Made by a program: the position numbers and the translations under genes. Positions 62,830 to 64,000 of a stretch of DNA of 64,000 nucleotides are shown here, in pieces (positions within the stretch are counted from its first letter, which is position 1; the number at the start of each line of letters is the position of its first letter). The DNA comes from an uncultured Clostridia bacterium (GTDB lineage Bacteria; Bacillota; Clostridia; Christensenellales; Borkfalkiaceae). Where the stretch lies: assembly GCA_964447305.1 (NCBI GenBank), contig CAYURN010000007.1:15423-79422 (forward strand), read 5' to 3'. The notes under the pieces are model-generated. The model ran no database searches and had not been told where the DNA came from. It was given only the letters and a program-made list of their open reading frames with translations.

Positions 62830-63759
62830 TCAATCGCAGAACAACGGCGTAGACAGATATCTGTCGCCCGTATCGGGAAGAAGAACCACAATTGTCTTGC
62901 CCCACAGTTCGGGGCGACGGGAAAGCATGGTGGCCGCATGCAGCGCCGCGCCTGAAGATATGCCCGCAAGCAGACCCTGCGTTCTGCCCAGCAACCGACC
63001 CGCAGTGTAGGCCTCCTCTTCGGTGACGGTGATTACCTCGTCATAGATATCCGTATCGAGAGCCTTTGGCACAAAGCCCGCGCCTATGCCCTGAATACCG
63101 TGGGGACCGGCCTTGCCGCCCGACAGCACGGGAGAACCCGAAGGCTCAACGGCGACTATCTTTACGTTGGCGTTGCGCTCACGCAAATATCTGCCGACGC
63201 CCGTTATAGTGCCGCCCGTGCCTACGCCCGAAACGAACACGTCGACGTCGCCGCCGGACTGTTCCCAAATCTCCGGCCCGGTAGTAAGGTAATGCGCCTG
63301 CGGATTGGCAGGGTTGGAAAACTGATCGGGGATAAAAGCCCCCTCCGTCCGTGCGGCCAGCTCCTCTGCCATCTGTATGGCGCCCGCCATACCCTTGCTG
63401 CCGTCCGTCAGAACAATTTCCGCGCCGTATGCTTTAATCAGATTGCGGCGCTCGACCGACATAGTCTGCGGCATGGTGAGTATTACCCTGTACCCGCGCG
63501 CAACGCCTATCGCGGCGAGGCCTATGCCCGTGTTGCCCGAAGTCGGCTCTATGATAGTAGCGCCCCGCTTGAGGACGCCTTGGGCTTCGGCACAATCAAT
63601 CATGTTTTTGGCAACTCTGTCCTTTACCGAACCGGCGGGATTAAAGAGTTCAACCTTGGCCAGAAGTTTTGCGCCCGCGCCAACCGCCTTTGAATAATTT
63701 TTAAGCGCAACAAGAGGCGTGTTGCCCACAAGACTTTCCATTCCGTCATAAATCATCAT
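62830..63759 (-). CDS. cysK: cysteine synthase A (O-acetylserine sulfhydrylase)
   Basis: 309 aa with the PLP-Lys motif NPAGSVKDRVA, plus TSGNTGIGLA and GTGGTITG. Confidence 0.9.
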   Translation of the reverse strand: MMIYDGMESLVGNTPLVALKNYSKAVGAGAKLLAKVELFNPAGSVKDRVAKNMIDCAEAQGVLKRGATIIEPTSGNTGIGLAAIGVARGYRVILTMPQTMSVERRNLIKAYGAEIVLTDGSKGMAGAIQMAEELAARTEGAFIPDQFSNPANPQAHYLTTGPEIWEQSGGDVDVFVSGVGTGGTITGVGRYLRERNANVKIVAVEPSGSPVLSGGKAGPHGIQGIGAGFVPKALDTDIYDEVITVTEEEAYTAGRLLGRTQGLLAGISSGAALHAATMLSRRPELWGKTIVVLLPDTGDRYLSTPLFCD

Positions 63760-63887
63760 ATATTAACCTCTGCATACATATAATCATATCGCCCATACCT
63801 GCCTGAACAGTCAACATTATTTTTATGGGCATATATGCTGACTGTTATACCGCGCATAAGGGCGCATCTGTTCTATCGGGATTAACG

Positions 63888-64000
63888 TCAAAGCCTGTTT
63901 TTATCGCCCCATTCGCACATGCCGTCAAGTATGGGCATGAGAGATTTTCCGCGTTCGGACAGGCTGTACTCGACCTTAGGGGGAATTTGCGGATATTCTT
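63888..64000 (-). CDS. HxlR-type (MarR-like) transcriptional regulator, C-terminal fragment only
   Basis: Absent from the ORF track because it runs off the right edge. Minus-strand translation gives ...[36 protein letters not shown], the typical HxlR wing and C-terminus. The stop is at 63888-63890. Confidence 0.65.
   Translation of the reverse strand, partial: EYPQIPPKVEYSLSERGKSLMPILDGMCEWGDKNRL

Overview
This is a 64-kb chromosomal window from a moderately GC-rich Firmicutes/Clostridia genome. It is probably a spore-forming Oscillospiraceae/Ruminococcaceae-like organism; that assignment is inferred from gene content and synteny, not from a search. I count about 60 protein genes (most on the minus strand), one tRNA-Ala(GGC) and one Ile T-box leader. 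I saw no rRNA, CRISPR array, transposase or integrase.

Housekeeping content, left to right:
- cls (cut at the left edge), three unknown membrane proteins and a Fur-family regulator.
- The Bacillus-like block yqfC-yqfD-phoH-pgpH-like-ybeY-era-yqzL-recO.
- A MinD-like/MinE-like pair, an S41 lipoprotein peptidase and a small PucR-type HTH protein.
- A STAS / anti-sigma / sigma(B/F/G-type) cluster, citrate synthase, an RluA-type pseudouridine synthase and feoAB.
- An F1Fo ATP synthase operon (atpB-E-F-A-G-D-C) with no separate delta gene.
- ileS, tsaD, secA-prfB, adenine deaminase and a parE/parC-like type IIA topoisomerase pair.
- A large acidic surface protein, a second RluA synthase, an rRNA methyltransferase, malic enzyme, cysK and a partial hxlR-type regulator at the right edge.

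The most unusual locus is at about 51.1-59.8 kb. It is an intact, tightly coupled phage head/packaging operon: TerL, a TerS-like fragment, portal, scaffold, major capsid protein and three unknown proteins. It has no tail, lysis, replication or integration genes and is flanked on both sides by housekeeping genes. This is a candidate domesticated (GTA-like or satellite-like) capsid system.

Other points worth follow-up:
- A delta-like C-terminal domain fused in frame to ATP synthase alpha, with an elongated b subunit.
- A c subunit with an extra N-terminal TM or signal segment.
- A MinD paralogue lacking both Walker A lysines.
- Two divergent HATPase-like proteins flanking the sigma gene.
- Stacked promoters and terminators upstream of secA (candidate sRNA or attenuator).
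- Several genes whose start codon sits 5-8 nt after a consensus -10 box with no Shine-Dalgarno (candidate leaderless mRNAs).

All family calls come from reading motifs by eye; no database search was run.
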